Assembly: GCA_022813865.1 (NCBI GenBank)
Contig: JALDZX010000007.1
Location: forward strand, 434,001 to 498,000
DNA length: 64,000 nt
Direction: 5' to 3'
From: Xylographa opegraphella
Taxonomy: Eukaryota
This document shows, piece by piece, positions 23,624 through 33,826 of this stretch. Under the pieces are notes generated by a model that ran no database searches, had not been told where the DNA came from, and saw nothing but the letters and a program-made list of their open reading frames with translations. Positions within the stretch are counted from its first letter, which is position 1, and every line of letters begins with the position of its first letter. The position numbers were made by a program, and so were the translations under genes.

Positions 23624-26608
23624 TCACAGGCCGCGCATAATGTCCCCCAAACCAACAGGCTTCCGCACCGCGTTCGAGAAGCCCTCATGAAACGTGACCC
23701 AGATGCGATTCGCCACCACCGTCTCCCTGCGCGCCCTCGCCCTGCCCTCCTCCCTACTCACAACCCGCGCCTCATTGACAATCACCCGCCCGAAGAAATC
23801 CCGCTTCACGCCCGCGACGCTGGGCTTCTGCCCTGCCCCGAAGCCCGCTCCATCCAGAGGGGCGTTTTCCTTACCAGTACGGTGGTTCACGCGAGGATTG
23901 TCACAGTCCGCGTTCAGGTCCGGCGCGCCCCCGGCTTGAAAGCGGGCTTGCCGCGCATCGGCCTTTTGGCGCACGCGGTACTTTTGGAATTCCTGATCGA
24001 GAACTTGGCGGACGGCGTAGCGCGTCGGGGCCGTGGCTGTGGATTTCTGCGCCGACGTTTCGAACACGGCGAGCGTGTCGAGAGGCCTGTGGGATGTTTG
24101 GTCAGTGCCGTGACGCTCAAGTATCACATTGGAACGATTAAGAAGAGCAACGTACGGCTCCATGCGGTAGATAAAGCCGCCATAACCCCCTCTCGCATCC
24201 TCGACACGGGCTCGCTCGAACGTTACGCCAACGGCGCCCATGGCTTCCACAGCACGCCGGACCATTTCTTTCTCACTCTCCTTCCTCACGCTGGCTGTAC
24301 CACGTACGTCTCCACTGCCGCCTACGACGACCGGCTTGACGTCTGGGGTCAGCATGCGGAGCAGATGCGGCAGCAAGTCTGTTGCGATTTCCTCAGGGGA
24401 GCGGAAGCTTCGTAGCAGAGGTGCGGAAAGAGAGGATTGAAGACCAAGAAGGATGGCGCGGTTTTGTTTGCCCACCTCGAATGCCGAGAAATCTGCCCTC
24501 GGCCCTGAAAAGGGTTCGGGCTCTTTGTCCTCCTCTGCGCCCCAGGGTTTTTGATCCTCTGGAGTATAGGACTGCTTGGCCGAGGAAGCGAAAAGGGAAT
24601 GGAAGCGCAAGATCGATTGGCTAAGGTACGGAGTCAACTCCCACTCCTGGCCGGCAAAGACTTTCGAGGAGAGAGTATCGTGGAAATGCAGCCAGTCGTA
24701 GGCTGTGTTTGGTCTGGAAAGGAAGGTGTCGTCCTGGAAAGGCTGGGCAGGGTAGTTTGTGAAGACGTCCGTCATGATGCGATCTGGTTCGCCAGAGGTC
24801 TCGATAATGTCGCGTAGTCGAACGATCGCTATACCTTTGTGAGCGTCTACTGTACCAACAGGGGTTCCTAAACCGGTCGAGGACACTATAGGAGCGGCAG
24901 CCACAGTCTTTGGAAAGCCTGCACCCTCTATGAAGATTCGATCGAGGACCTCTCTGGCACCTCCTCGACCGATACATCTTGCGCCACCTCCACCGTGCGA
25001 GAGGTCGTCCAGCATATTCTTTTCGACCCATTGCCTTGTCAATTTTGGAGCACCTCCTGAAGCCGATCCACGAATCTTGCCGGCAACCCATTCCCCAACC
25101 ACCAATACACCACGCATGTCACCCTCGCCCGTGTGGCTAGAATTTGACCGGCTTTCCCTCCTATTGGTAATCCCCCATGTTGCCTCACAGAGACGTCTGA
25201 CGCCGTCTCCATCGCATGCTACACCTTCTTTATCGAAGACGGTCCTCATTCGAGCCACGATCTTGTCAAGAGGTGGCTTCCGGATGTGAACAACTTCAGC
25301 TAGGTTAGAAGCCCTCAATGGTCTCAGAGCAGGATGATAGACATCATTGCAGATAAGAATCATAGGTCGAAGCAATCTGAACCGCTCCCCCTTTTTGCTC
25401 TTTCTGGGTGTTGGTGCACCTGATGTAGTAATGGGCGTATTCTTCTGGTCGAGCATGACCAAGTCGATCAATGCTTTAATAAACCCCCCTTCACCACCAC
25501 CACCGCCGCCGCCGCCACTACTACTACCACTCACAACACCATCGACTTCATCGATCACAACACAGACTGGCCGGCCTGATTTCCTGACTGTTGTGCCGTC
25601 CAATGTCTTTGTATTCACACCTCGCACATTTTCTGTCCCTACACTGTCCTTTATTCTTCCTTTGACGACTTGACTACTCCGCTCGTCGCTGGCGTTTATT
25701 TCCACGATTTCGTATCCAGCCTGTCTGGCGCAGACATGAGCCAACGTCGTCTTACCAAGGCCTGGTGGCCCTGTCAGAAGGAGGATCTTTCGATGCAGCC
25801 GTTCCTCGGAAGCCTCATCGTCCATTTTACTTTTGACTTTGGGCTTGCTCATGCCAGGAAACACAATACTATCCCATCCTTTGAGCCATCGTAGAACTGT
25901 TCGATGAGTGCGCTCATCTCCGACCAGGTCCGTAAATTTTTTAGCACGATACTTTTCCGTCCACATCATCGATCTTCGCTTCTTATTTGCGGGTCCCATT
26001 TCTATAGAGGGCTTGCACGGCTCCAAAGGTGGCCCGAAAGTGACAAGCTTCTTGGCTGCGGCTATCTCACTGGCCTCATCCATCAGCTTGTGCATCTCAA
26101 TGCCATAGTAGCATTTCTGGGCCTTCCCGGGAGCGGTAGTCGATCGATTTGCAATAAGTCGCTCATAACTCAGGGAAGGTTGCGCGATCTTCTTCCGAAG
26201 TGAGAAAGTCTTCCCTGAAGTGGACTTGAACGAAGTGGCTGGATACACATTCCTCTTCGCGGCATGATCGCTTGGCCTGGCCGTTGCAAATTCAATTGAA
26301 AGGCTTTCCGTATTTTCTTCCACAGCCTCAATGTTCGGAGAGTCATCTTCATCCTCAACAAATGGCCCAGGTGTCGCCCTGAACACATGCTTCACCGGTG
26401 AAACTGTAGGAAATAGCTCTTTCGAACAAGCAGCTACTTCCGAGACCTTCTGACTCTTGCGATCTTCATTGAAGAGAGATTGACCAAATAGCTTCCGCTT
26501 GGCAGTGGTGGTATGAAAGTCAGGTGGTGGAGGACGTTTCCGTGGCTCATAGTGCTCTGGTGGTGAAGAGCTCGGGGGATATGCCAATGGGGACGAGATC
26601 AGCGGCAT
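23624..26608 (-). CDS. CTF18: Chromosome transmission fidelity protein 18 (alternative RFC large subunit; intron 24087-24155)
   Basis: MWTEKYRAKKFTDLVGDE, Walker A GPPGLGKTTLAH, EINASDERS, Walker B VIDEVDG, RPMILICND and the C-terminal WVTFHEGFSNAVRKPV (Dcc1/Ctf8-binding tail). Confidence 0.97.
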   Translation of the reverse strand: MPLISSPLAYPPSSSPPEHYEPRKRPPPPDFHTTTAKRKLFGQSLFNEDRKSQKVSEVAACSKELFPTVSPVKHVFRATPGPFVEDEDDSPNIEAVEENTESLSIEFATARPSDHAAKRNVYPATSFKSTSGKTFSLRKKIAQPSLSYERLIANRSTTAPGKAQKCYYGIEMHKLMDEASEIAAAKKLVTFGPPLEPCKPSIEMGPANKKRRSMMWTEKYRAKKFTDLVGDERTHRTVLRWLKGWDSIVFPGMSKPKVKSKMDDEASEERLHRKILLLTGPPGLGKTTLAHVCARQAGYEIVEINASDERSSQVVKGRIKDSVGTENVRGVNTKTLDGTTVRKSGRPVCVVIDEVDGVVSGSSSGGGGGGGGEGGFIKALIDLVMLDQKNTPITTSGAPTPRKSKKGERFRLLRPMILICNDVYHPALRPLRASNLAEVVHIRKPPLDKIVARMRTVFDKEGVACDGDGVRRLCEATWGITNRRESRSNSSHTGEGDMRGVLVVGEWVAGKIRGSASGGAPKLTRQWVEKNMLDDLSHGGGGARCIGRGGAREVLDRIFIEGAGFPKTVAAAPIVSSTGLGTPVGTVDAHKGIAIVRLRDIIETSGEPDRIMTDVFTNYPAQPFQDDTFLSRPNTAYDWLHFHDTLSSKVFAGQEWELTPYLSQSILRFHSLFASSAKQSYTPEDQKPWGAEEDKEPEPFSGPRADFSAFEVGKQNRAILLGLQSSLSAPLLRSFRSPEEIATDLLPHLLRMLTPDVKPVVVGGSGDVRGTASVRKESEKEMVRRAVEAMGAVGVTFERARVEDARGGYGGFIYRMEPYVALLNRSNVILERHGTDQTSHRPLDTLAVFETSAQKSTATAPTRYAVRQVLDQEFQKYRVRQKADARQARFQAGGAPDLNADCDNPRVNHRTGKENAPLDGAGFGAGQKPSVAGVKRDFFGRVIVNEARVVSREEGRARARRETVVANRIWVTFHEGFSNAVRKPVGLGDIMRGL

Positions 26609-26760
26609 GGTGACATGTAATGATCATTGACTTCGGATAGATATGTGGCTCGAAGTAAGAAAACTGACAATATCGAAAATACACGCTTTGATATTCTCCT
26701 GGTACGCAAGATCCAGCTGTCAACTCATATTCCAAGATTTGTCTACAGTGGTTTTCCGCC

Positions 26761-26810
26761 CCGCGTCGCAGAGAACGCGTCGTATCGCGACAGTGCCGCT
26801 AACGGCCGCG
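26761..26810. promoter_or_regulatory. MCB-like element(s) in the CTF18/BTB divergent promoter
   Basis: Perfect ACGCGT at 26775-26780, with further CGCG cores at about 26762 and 26807 and a TCGCGA at about 26785, 150-200 bp upstream of the CTF18 ATG. Confidence 0.5.
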
Positions 26811-27144
26811 AGCTGTGCACTAAGACCAGAAGCTTCTAGCTCCATTCGAAGGCGCACGGGCCTCTTTGCCATCCAGGAGAGAAGCCTGCGTCACAGGGTC
26901 AGCCTCGAGGTCGATCACGGAAGATTGAGATGCTCATCCCCAGCCATCCCAGCGCCCTCGAAGTATTCTTCCTTCTCCATACATCCACTCGCCGCCGAAG
27001 CTCCTGCGATGTCCCGCCCCTTGCATAGTCACATAGCGACTTCCGCAGTACATCCTCCGTGCCATGCGCATGGGTGAACTCGCCCCCGACACCCTACACG
27101 TCTACTACTGCGATTTCGCATACGAGCCTCGGGGCCCATTTCGG

Positions 27145-27931
27145 ATGGCGAGTGCCAATATCGCCGATGCCTCCGCCAGAATCTTCGCCGAGTACGTTTC
27201 TGCTTACTCCAGACCTTCGTTGCGCGAACTTCCAATTGTTGACGCCCAGCTAAGCTAAAGCCGCACGCCCCAGACTCCTCTCCGGCCCAATGGTGGATAT
27301 CTACGTCGGCGAGGCGAGGCGCCATTGGGCTCTGCATCGCAATCTGCTCTGCCACCACTCGGCGTACTTTCAAGAACACATTGGCGACGATGTCAAGAAG
27401 AAGACTGCGAAGCTTGAGCTGCTGGATTCAGACCCCGCCGCGTTTGAGCTCCTGGTCAAGTGGCTATATCAAGGGCGTATCGACGACGTGTCGGCCATGC
27501 CGATGGATAAGAAATGGGACTACGCGCATGCTTGCCAGAAGCTGTACGTGCTATGCGACCGGCTCAGGCTGCCGCAGCTGAAGAACATCGCCATCGATCA
27601 GTTTCGAAAAGGCTGCAATGAGGCAGGCCTGGTTCCAGGTCCGGAGGAGATGAAGCCCATCTACGAGAGCACATCGCCAGGCTCGCCTTTTCGAAAATTA
27701 GTAAGTAAGATAGCAGCACGGCAGATTATGGATCCGGAGAGCACGAGCGATGCAGCAACGTACAAGATGTGTTTCGAGGGCAATGCAGACTTCGCCATCG
27801 ATGTGATCAACGCGATCCGTCAAGGGGCTGGAGGAAAATTGTTCGAGGACCCCACGGAAGAGGTGGGGTGTGCATTCCACGAACATGAGAATGGCGCGAA
27901 CTGCCACAGCGGGAATGGGAATGCAAAGTGA
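27145..27931 (+). CDS. BTB/POZ domain protein (2 exons)
   Basis: MASANIADASARIFAE|LLSGPMVDIYVGEARRHWALHRNLLCHHSAYF...DPAAFELLVKWLYQG...KLYVLCDRL. GTACGT donor at about 27192 and CAG acceptor at about 27273. The start could lie further upstream (27070). Confidence 0.85.
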
Positions 27932-28676
27932 GTCCAACATTACCGTGTGATCGGCTATTTCACGCATCATAAAATCTGACCGGCGGTGTGGCGCCAGAAA
28001 GCGTGTGGCATGGAAGGACGAATGACGGCGTCCAACCCCCGACTCCTGTAACTCCACAACCTGTGGGAGCGGAACGCGGTCAGCGACAGTTGCAAAGGTC
28101 GACTCCGCGTAGAAGACTGTTTCAGAGCGACAGCGTCCCGCCGTCGTCGCATTTCGATGGCTGGGGCTTCGAAAATGTGAGACTGTTTGGTATCAGCAGT
28201 CCCTTGGGCAGATGAGAGGATAAGAGAGTAAGCTATCTCGCTGCCGATGATAATACTCTGACCAGGTGAGAAACCGCATCCAGGGACGCTTCCGCCCTGG
28301 ATTGGCATCAATCTCTCGCAGTCAATTGCAGCCAGGAGCGCAGACACATTGAACGCCTAAAAAAAGGAAGCTATTCGTGTGTGCAACAAACATGCGGGTC
28401 AGATGGAATGGTCTGTTCTGCCAAGAGTGTGGATATACGGAGACTACATATCGCAATTGGACTTGTCGCACAAAGTTTTACGGATTTGAGAATATTTTGA
28501 AATCTACAATCACTGACGTGATCATGGCTCATGATCTCAGAAGTGACAGAAGCAGAGATAATATTTATATCATCGAATCGACAAGCGATAAGCTCGATCT
28601 CTCTGTTTTCTTGGCATGAATCTAATCAGCCACGGCAAGCGTCATGCAGAACACCCACAAGCCCTCCCGAGAGCAC

Positions 28677-29456
28677 TCAATGCTTCGCCTGCTGCGACAC
28701 CCTCGTCTTCTCCTCCAACGCCTTCTTCACCGACGGTCTTGCCATGAGCTTATCCATCCACGCCTTGAAGTTTGCGTTCGTATCCAACTCCTTCTGCAGC
28801 GCTCCGGTCTGATCCAGGAAACCCACCATAGCGTACCACGTCACGAAGGATAGATCAGCATAGCTGCACTTCCCGCCCACCAGATACTCCTTGCCTTGCA
28901 AGCACGCATCTAGCACCTTCGTGATGCGCTTGATCTCGTTCTTATAGCGGTCCTGCGCGGACGGGATCTTCTCCGAGTGGAAGTGGATGAACCACGCGGC
29001 TTGGCCGAAGTAAGGACCCTGGCCGGACATCTGGAACTGCAGGTACTGGTTCTCGTAGTACTTGTCCGGGCTGCTCTTGGAGTGCAGCTTGTACTCGGGA
29101 TCGTAGTTCTCGACGAGGTACTGGATGATGGCGCCGGACTCCCAGAGGGTGATGCCTGTGTTGGGGTCTTCGATGGCCGGGGTACTGGGAGGCAAACCAG
29201 ATGTCAGTCTCGCGATGCTGGCATGGAACAGTGGCCGATGGAGGACCAAGCAAGGAGGTGCATGAAAGTACACGGGATGGGAGGATCGGATCACCTACCG
29301 GCCGTTGGGGTTGATGGGCTCGAACTTGGGGGTGTGCATGTCGGCCATGTCCACGTATACGGTATCGTACTTCACACCCAACTCTTCCAGGATGATGACC
29401 ACCTTCCATGGGTTGGGCCCCGTTTCATGGGAATAGAGCTTGATGGGCTTGGACAT
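28677..29456 (-). CDS. Glutathione S-transferase, Ure2p-like class (intron 29185-29298)
   Basis: MSKPIKLYSHETGPNPWKVVIILEELG...INPNGR|TPAIEDPNTGITLWESGAIIQYL...FQMSGQGPYFGQ...YLVGGKCSYADLSF. Confidence 0.95.
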
Positions 29457-30752
29457 GATGACAGTTGATCAATTGCTATATATAAATTTACAGAAAGGAT
29501 GTTGATTTATGATGTGGATGAATTGAAAATCGAAAGTATGGCAGAGCAGAGAAAAAGTGCGAGGACGTCACTGGCTTTATGTATGTCGTGGGTGCAAGTC
29601 CTATTCAGGGACCTTTTTAGCAGAAGTTTGTATATTTCACACCATCGACGAGCTAGGCCCAAATCAGCTACCGCTATGCCGAAAAGGCTGTCTTCCATTG
29701 GAATCTGCCAACGAACCAAATCCGCTACGACGCAGGAGCGAGGCTTCTTTCGACCCTAGCTTTATGACATTGAGTTTTTATGCTGAAGGGTCCCTCATTG
29801 TTGCCAGCACTCGCGGGATAGAGGGGTAAGGTAGTAAGGTAGCCCTAAAACCCCACTTGGCGTCGATGTCATGAAGGACTAAAGTTAGATATTGAGAAGT
29901 ACATATCAAGGTTAGGTAATGATTGATCAGCTGATTGATCAGCCAGACGACAATGCCATAAGGTACTGTGGTCGAATACCGGCTGAGACATCAGATCCGG
30001 TGCTTTGCTTGGGCCTGACCCGCCTGGCCGGTTCTGGGTGAAGTAAGGTACCTTACATTGGTGCTCCGATGGAATCTTCCAGGATGAAAACGATTGAAAT
30101 CATCTTCTTTGAAATCAAAAGTTTCTGCTTACCTTACACACTTGCCCGGCCGTGTTCCCGTGCGCAAGTGCCGCTTCACGTGACGCGCTTGCCCTAAACC
30201 TAGGTAGGCGAGCCGGGTCCTCCGAGGTCTTACCGTATTTCCTTGACGCAATTATTACGTGCGATAGCTCTGGAATTTGATGATACTGCGAGAAACAGCT
30301 GTTCGGGTTTCTCGCGGGGTTGTTTTGGGACTAGGAGGCGCTGGGATGCGTTGCGTCGGGATGGCAGGAGTTGTGCTCTGGGGTTCGCTCAGGAGCTTTT
30401 TCTTGTTTTTGATGTTACTCTTGATTACTGAACATGTATGATATCGCGACGAATCTGGCTCATACTTGATCATGCATTTGCATTACACTCATCTGCTCTC
30501 TCTATATTACCTGTCGTTCGAAGCATGACCAAGTCCGAGGGGAGTGTGTCACTTTGCAAACATTTCTTGTTACCGTCACGAATTTGCACGTATTTGCCGC
30601 ATCAGACAAAAGTTATGGTAACACCGACCTGAATGATTCACAGGCGAAACCTGCCTCCAATAAAACCCGCAATGCCTGCATCCCCGCGCGCTCCGATCCA
30701 CCCCTGAAATCCATCACTCACCCTCGTCATCCCGTCCACGATATTCGACCCC

Positions 30753-32001
30753 CTATGACTTGTGCACCTCCACAAACCGCTTTGCGCACTCACTCGGCTG
30801 CACCACGCTGCCCTTTTTCTCCACCACCCGCTTCGCCACACCCTGCCAGAACTCGCTCTTGACCTCCTCCACCGCATCTTTCAGCAGCTTATCCATCTGC
30901 TCCTCCCAAACCACAGCTCCCTTTGCGACTGCGGTACGCACGGCTCTTGCCCGCCACTGCGCCTTCTCGCTAGCGCTGAAGTCGCTATCGTTGGCATCCA
31001 CCGTCTCGTCACTGCAGCGACGTCCAGTGGGCCGCTTGCGCTTCTTCGACTTCGCCTGCTGACGTGCGAGGATCTCCGCAGCATCGGCGGCGACGCGGAG
31101 GTGATACTTGGTGCGGATGTAATGCGAGTAGACAGCCGAGGGCTGGAAGGGAGTCGCGAAACTTTCGGAGGTGCTGGTCTCGGGTGGTGGGTGTGTCGCA
31201 GGCTGACTGTTGAGCATGGTGGCAATTTGCATCCAACCCAATTTGGCTTCGTCGCGAAGGTGGACGATGTACTGGTTTGTAGCGTTGAGGTGAGGGGCGA
31301 TCTTCTCGTTGCTCGCAGTGCTGGTGCTGAAGAAGCTATCCTCGACCTTGCTCTTCGTGATATTCATGGGCTGTCCCGTAGGAACTTCAGCGGCTCGGCC
31401 GGATGAAGCTTTGTGATTAGGGGTAGGAGCATTGATAGGATCCGAGAGCACTTCTGAACGAGGCCTCGAGGCAGGAGAGTCAAATGTCAGGCTTGATCCG
31501 CAATACGGTGTCGGACAGGTCGTATCGTCCTGGATGGCGACGTCGACCAGCGTGGTAGAGATCTCAGGAGTCGGAGATGGGATATAAGCAGACTGGAACC
31601 TTGACGGAGAAATACTGAGTGTTGAGCAAGTCGGTGTCGGGCAAGTGCTTGACATATCTCTCGCACGACAAGGAGCCTGTAATATGACATCAATTTCGTG
31701 CTTTGGACCAGGAGCGTTGCCCGTCACAAAATGACAAACCCGACAAAGTACTCACGTCCTCTAGCTTTGTGATGGGTTTTTGGGCGACAATCTTGTTGAG
31801 CAATGCGGCCAGACGGGCGGATGGTTTGAAGGAGCTGGTGTAGAACAGCGGCTCGTCTTTCACCATAGGAGTCGCACCCGCATCTTTGGCTGCCTCGACG
31901 CGGTTGACCGTGGGCGGATCCATGATATCTTCAATCTTTGGTACCAGAACGGCGTTCGTGCTCATATTCTTCTCAACATTATCCGCTGTAAGGGAAACCA
32001 T
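30753..32001 (-). CDS. Hypothetical protein with Myb/SANT-like helical segments (intron ~31677-31754)
   Basis: ORFs 31690..32001 and 30753..31727 are joined by a GTGAGT...TACAG intron. Segments NQYIVHLRDEAKLGWMQIATMLN and WEEQMDKLLKDAVEEVKSEFWQGVAKRV...ECAKRF flank an NLS-like KSKKRKR. Confidence 0.6.
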
Positions 32002-32550
32002 GTTGTGGTGCGGAAAGTGACAGTATCCACGTAGGATCTTGAAGCAAAACGGAAATGAAGTTTGAACTGAGCCTATGTTACTACGCTAGAAAGTGGTGAT
32101 CGAAAGATCAAGTACTGTTCAGATAGTCCTCATCCGTGGAACTTTCTGGCATACAGTTGAGTCAGGCCAAATGAGTGTTATGGACTCAGTGACACACCAC
32201 TACCCTCAGTGTTATAGAGAACTAGCGTTGGGAGTCACACGAAGGTCGTGGCGTGTTGCTTCACATCACTAGGTAGCCAACCAAGCGACACTCCAGGCGA
32301 TCGATTGAACATGGTAATTGCTGACGGGCCGCCGCGGAAGCATCTCTTTGCCTCTCTGCAACGTAGCAGAATGTATTCCAGCGTGTTCCGATCCTGTGGA
32401 ACGTGACTCTTGAAATAATGACAAAGTGCCGACTCTCGATATAGTATATAGTAATAGACGGCTCTGCCGCACGATTTGTAGCTAACAATGAAAGATGTGA
32501 TGATAGACCTCCCTTACGTATTCGGCTATAGTGATCTATATTACTTAGCC

Positions 32551-32630
32551 GAAGACGTTAGCATACACGGGGAAAGCATTAGCATACAAGGGGAAGACGT
32601 TAGCATGCACGGGGGAGACGTGAGCATAGA
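32551..32630. repeat. 21-bp degenerate minisatellite, about 3.8 copies
   Basis: GAAGACGTTAGCATACACGGG / GAAAGCATTAGCATACAAGGG / GAAGACGTTAGCATGCACGGG / GGAGACGTGAGCATAGA. Confidence 0.9.
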
Positions 32631-33826
32631 CTGTCGCGTAAATTCTTAAACCCAGCTCCTTTCTGGACGTTGTAGAGTTTGTCATCCAGATTGTCATAGA
32701 CTCCATCACATAAAAAGACACGGCTGCGGTTTGAAAAACCAGAATTAGACGGCGTGTTTTATCTGTACCCACGGCAGGGGCCCGAATCACCAGATTAATA
32801 TGTCAACATTGTAAAGCGGTGAGCAATATAATACCCTGTGTAATTACGAGAATCTGTTTGGTCTAGGCTTCAACAACAGAGCGAACCATTTCGTCGACGC
32901 TATAACAAGAAAAGATTCCATTTTCTGCATTCAACAGTCGATGAAGCATGTAATGTGTTTGAAAGTTCTATGAATTTATGTCTTCTATCATTTGGCCGCT
33001 GTCGGCCTAAGACGACCACTCAGAAATGGAATCATGTTCGTCTTCTTACACACAACTTCGCTTGATATAGTCTTGTAGTTAAGGCTCTCTGTCTTGTCCC
33101 CATAATGTTTACAAAAAGACGACGGACAATTTCATGGACGTACAATGGAGACACGAGAAATCAAAGACGCAGCATTGAACATACTTGGCTTCAAACTTCT
33201 TATTTCGAACGCAGCAGACAATACATGGAAGGATAGAAATCGATCAAGTACCGAAAGAATGGCAAAGATCTGCTTGTAGTGTACCAGTTTGACAGCATAA
33301 ATAAAGCACCTTCGGCGGGATTGCTTTTACAATGGAGACCTATAGATATGAAAGCATCGTTTCTGGTTCGTGCACCTAAGACTCTGATTGCCAGAGCATC
33401 GCTGACGTGGCCTATTGGATAGGTCTTGCTTAGTGAATCCTATATTTCTGGACCGACTGAAGTCCATACCTACCCATCCTCGCCATATAGATCTAGCTAA
33501 GGTGCGCTTACGCATATCAGGATTAGCGTTATGTCTCAAATGCATCTTTATCGGCTCCGGATGCCGGATGCACGTCACACTCTCTAGCGTGCCGCAATTA
33601 TCCTTGCTCGGCATAAAGCACCTTACCATATTGACATTCATCACTTCAAAGCTCTGCATGGGACTTCATTTCCGAAGTCATCACTTACCTGCTTCAGACT
33701 CGTCACCTACGTGTCTTAACCTCTTCGTTGTATACCCAAACACGATCCCCCTTCATCGTTGCGCACAATATGCTGGATGCCTTCAGTCAACAGGAAAGTT
33801 GACAAGATCCTATCGATCTAGACAGT

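Noticed and set aside
29921..30110. 12-bp tandem duplication (GATTGATCAGCT) and a CTGAGA motif suggesting a TPP riboswitch
   Set aside because: The other conserved TPP aptamer elements are missing and the neighbouring genes are unrelated to thiamine. The duplication is too short to be meaningful.
32551..32630. CRISPR-like array (also considered for 37866-37933 and 46505-46766)
   Set aside because: The genome is eukaryotic, there are no cas genes, and there is no pattern of identical repeats with unique spacers.
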